Source: Azolla caroliniana
Lineage: Eukaryota; Plantae; Polypodiophyta
NCBI GenBank assembly: GCA_043228905.1
Contig: JBHGNT010000022.1
Span: forward strand, 1,860,001 to 1,924,000
DNA length: 64,000 nucleotides
Direction of reading: 5' to 3'
The position numbers were made by a program, and so were the translations under genes. This document shows, one piece after another, positions 63,391-64,000 of this stretch (its first letter is position 1; each line of letters opens with the position of its first letter). The notes under the pieces are model-generated. The model was not told the DNA's origin and ran no database searches. It saw only the letters and a list, made by a program, of their open reading frames with translations.

Positions 63391-64000
63391 AGCATCTTGA
63401 GCCATATGGCTTCGCACATTGCATAAATTTTTCCTTGTGGAAGTAGATGATGCAGGATGTGTTGATCATTAGAAGACAAGTATAGCGAAAAATCTGCTTC
63501 CATGAGAGCCGAAGAGTGGAGATCCATAGACGAAATCGTGCACTCCACTATCCAAATGCACTTGGCCGAAAATGTCTACTTCAGCATGGCCAAGGAGACA
63601 ACATCTTTCTCGTTAAGGGAGAATTTGCAAGTAGTGTACGAAAAGAAGTCCTCCTCGTCGAAACCCATATTGAGTCAATAGCTATTCAATATGAAGATGA
63701 GAGAGTCAGATCCTGCTACCTCCCACATCAACACCTTCAGCCGGGTGTTGTTTGAACTCTCCTCCCTGTTGGCCGCCTTGGCCGGCCAAGTGGGAAAGGT
63801 CAACAAGGAGAAAAGACAAAGGGGCGGTTATGGTAAGTGAAAAGGATGGGTGGGGTCATAGCGTAATGAAGAGGGAGTAACAGCCATAACGTAGGGATAA
63901 CTTAATCGTAATTAATTTTTAAATAAAAAGTAATGGTTCACACGTCGAGCGTAACCACCCATGACCTTGTATATAAAGGGCAAGGAAAACTTGTAATAGC
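63391..64000. mobile_element. Copia debris (RNase H scrap on minus, gag scrap on plus at ~63500-63766) and probable LTR start at 63767
   Basis: AMCEAIWLKMLL; LFNMKMRESDPATSHINTFSRV gag-like; TGTTGG start and TATATAAAGG at ~63970. Confidence 0.55.

Noticed and set aside
63950-63975. ACCCATGACCTT match to the antisense of F's tRNA-like module
   Set aside because: Short match with no B box or A box; the window ends before it can be assessed

Overview
Eukaryotic, repeat-dominated DNA, probably from a seed-free land plant such as a fern, lycophyte or bryophyte. That is an inference from the Tcn1-like chromoviruses, tRNA-Trp-primed gypsy elements, a Penelope-like element (PLE) and a CHG-decay signature. 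Positions 1-41.7 kb are a nested stack of retroelements that target-site duplications (TSDs) let me reconstruct: a LINE holds copia B, which holds pol-less gypsy D, which holds chromovirus E, copias G1/G2 and, inside G2, an intact chromovirus F with identical LTRs. Copia C also sits in the same LINE. At 42.7-47.3 kb are a second LINE remnant and a PLE RT element ending in a hammerhead ribozyme. At 49-55.4 kb are two tandem, spliced host alpha/beta-hydrolase genes, and 56-64 kb is another LTR-element nest. The main candidate novelty is that three different gypsy LTR families each carry, in U3 and antisense to the element, a tRNA-like Pol III A-box/B-box module with canonical tRNA spacing. In the two chromoviruses this module sits back-to-back with heat-shock-element arrays and the TATA box. 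Also seen: a Tf1-type self-priming site, a junction resembling a fossil self-priming intermediate, and a -1 frameshift cassette. All calls were made by eye, with no alignments or searches run.
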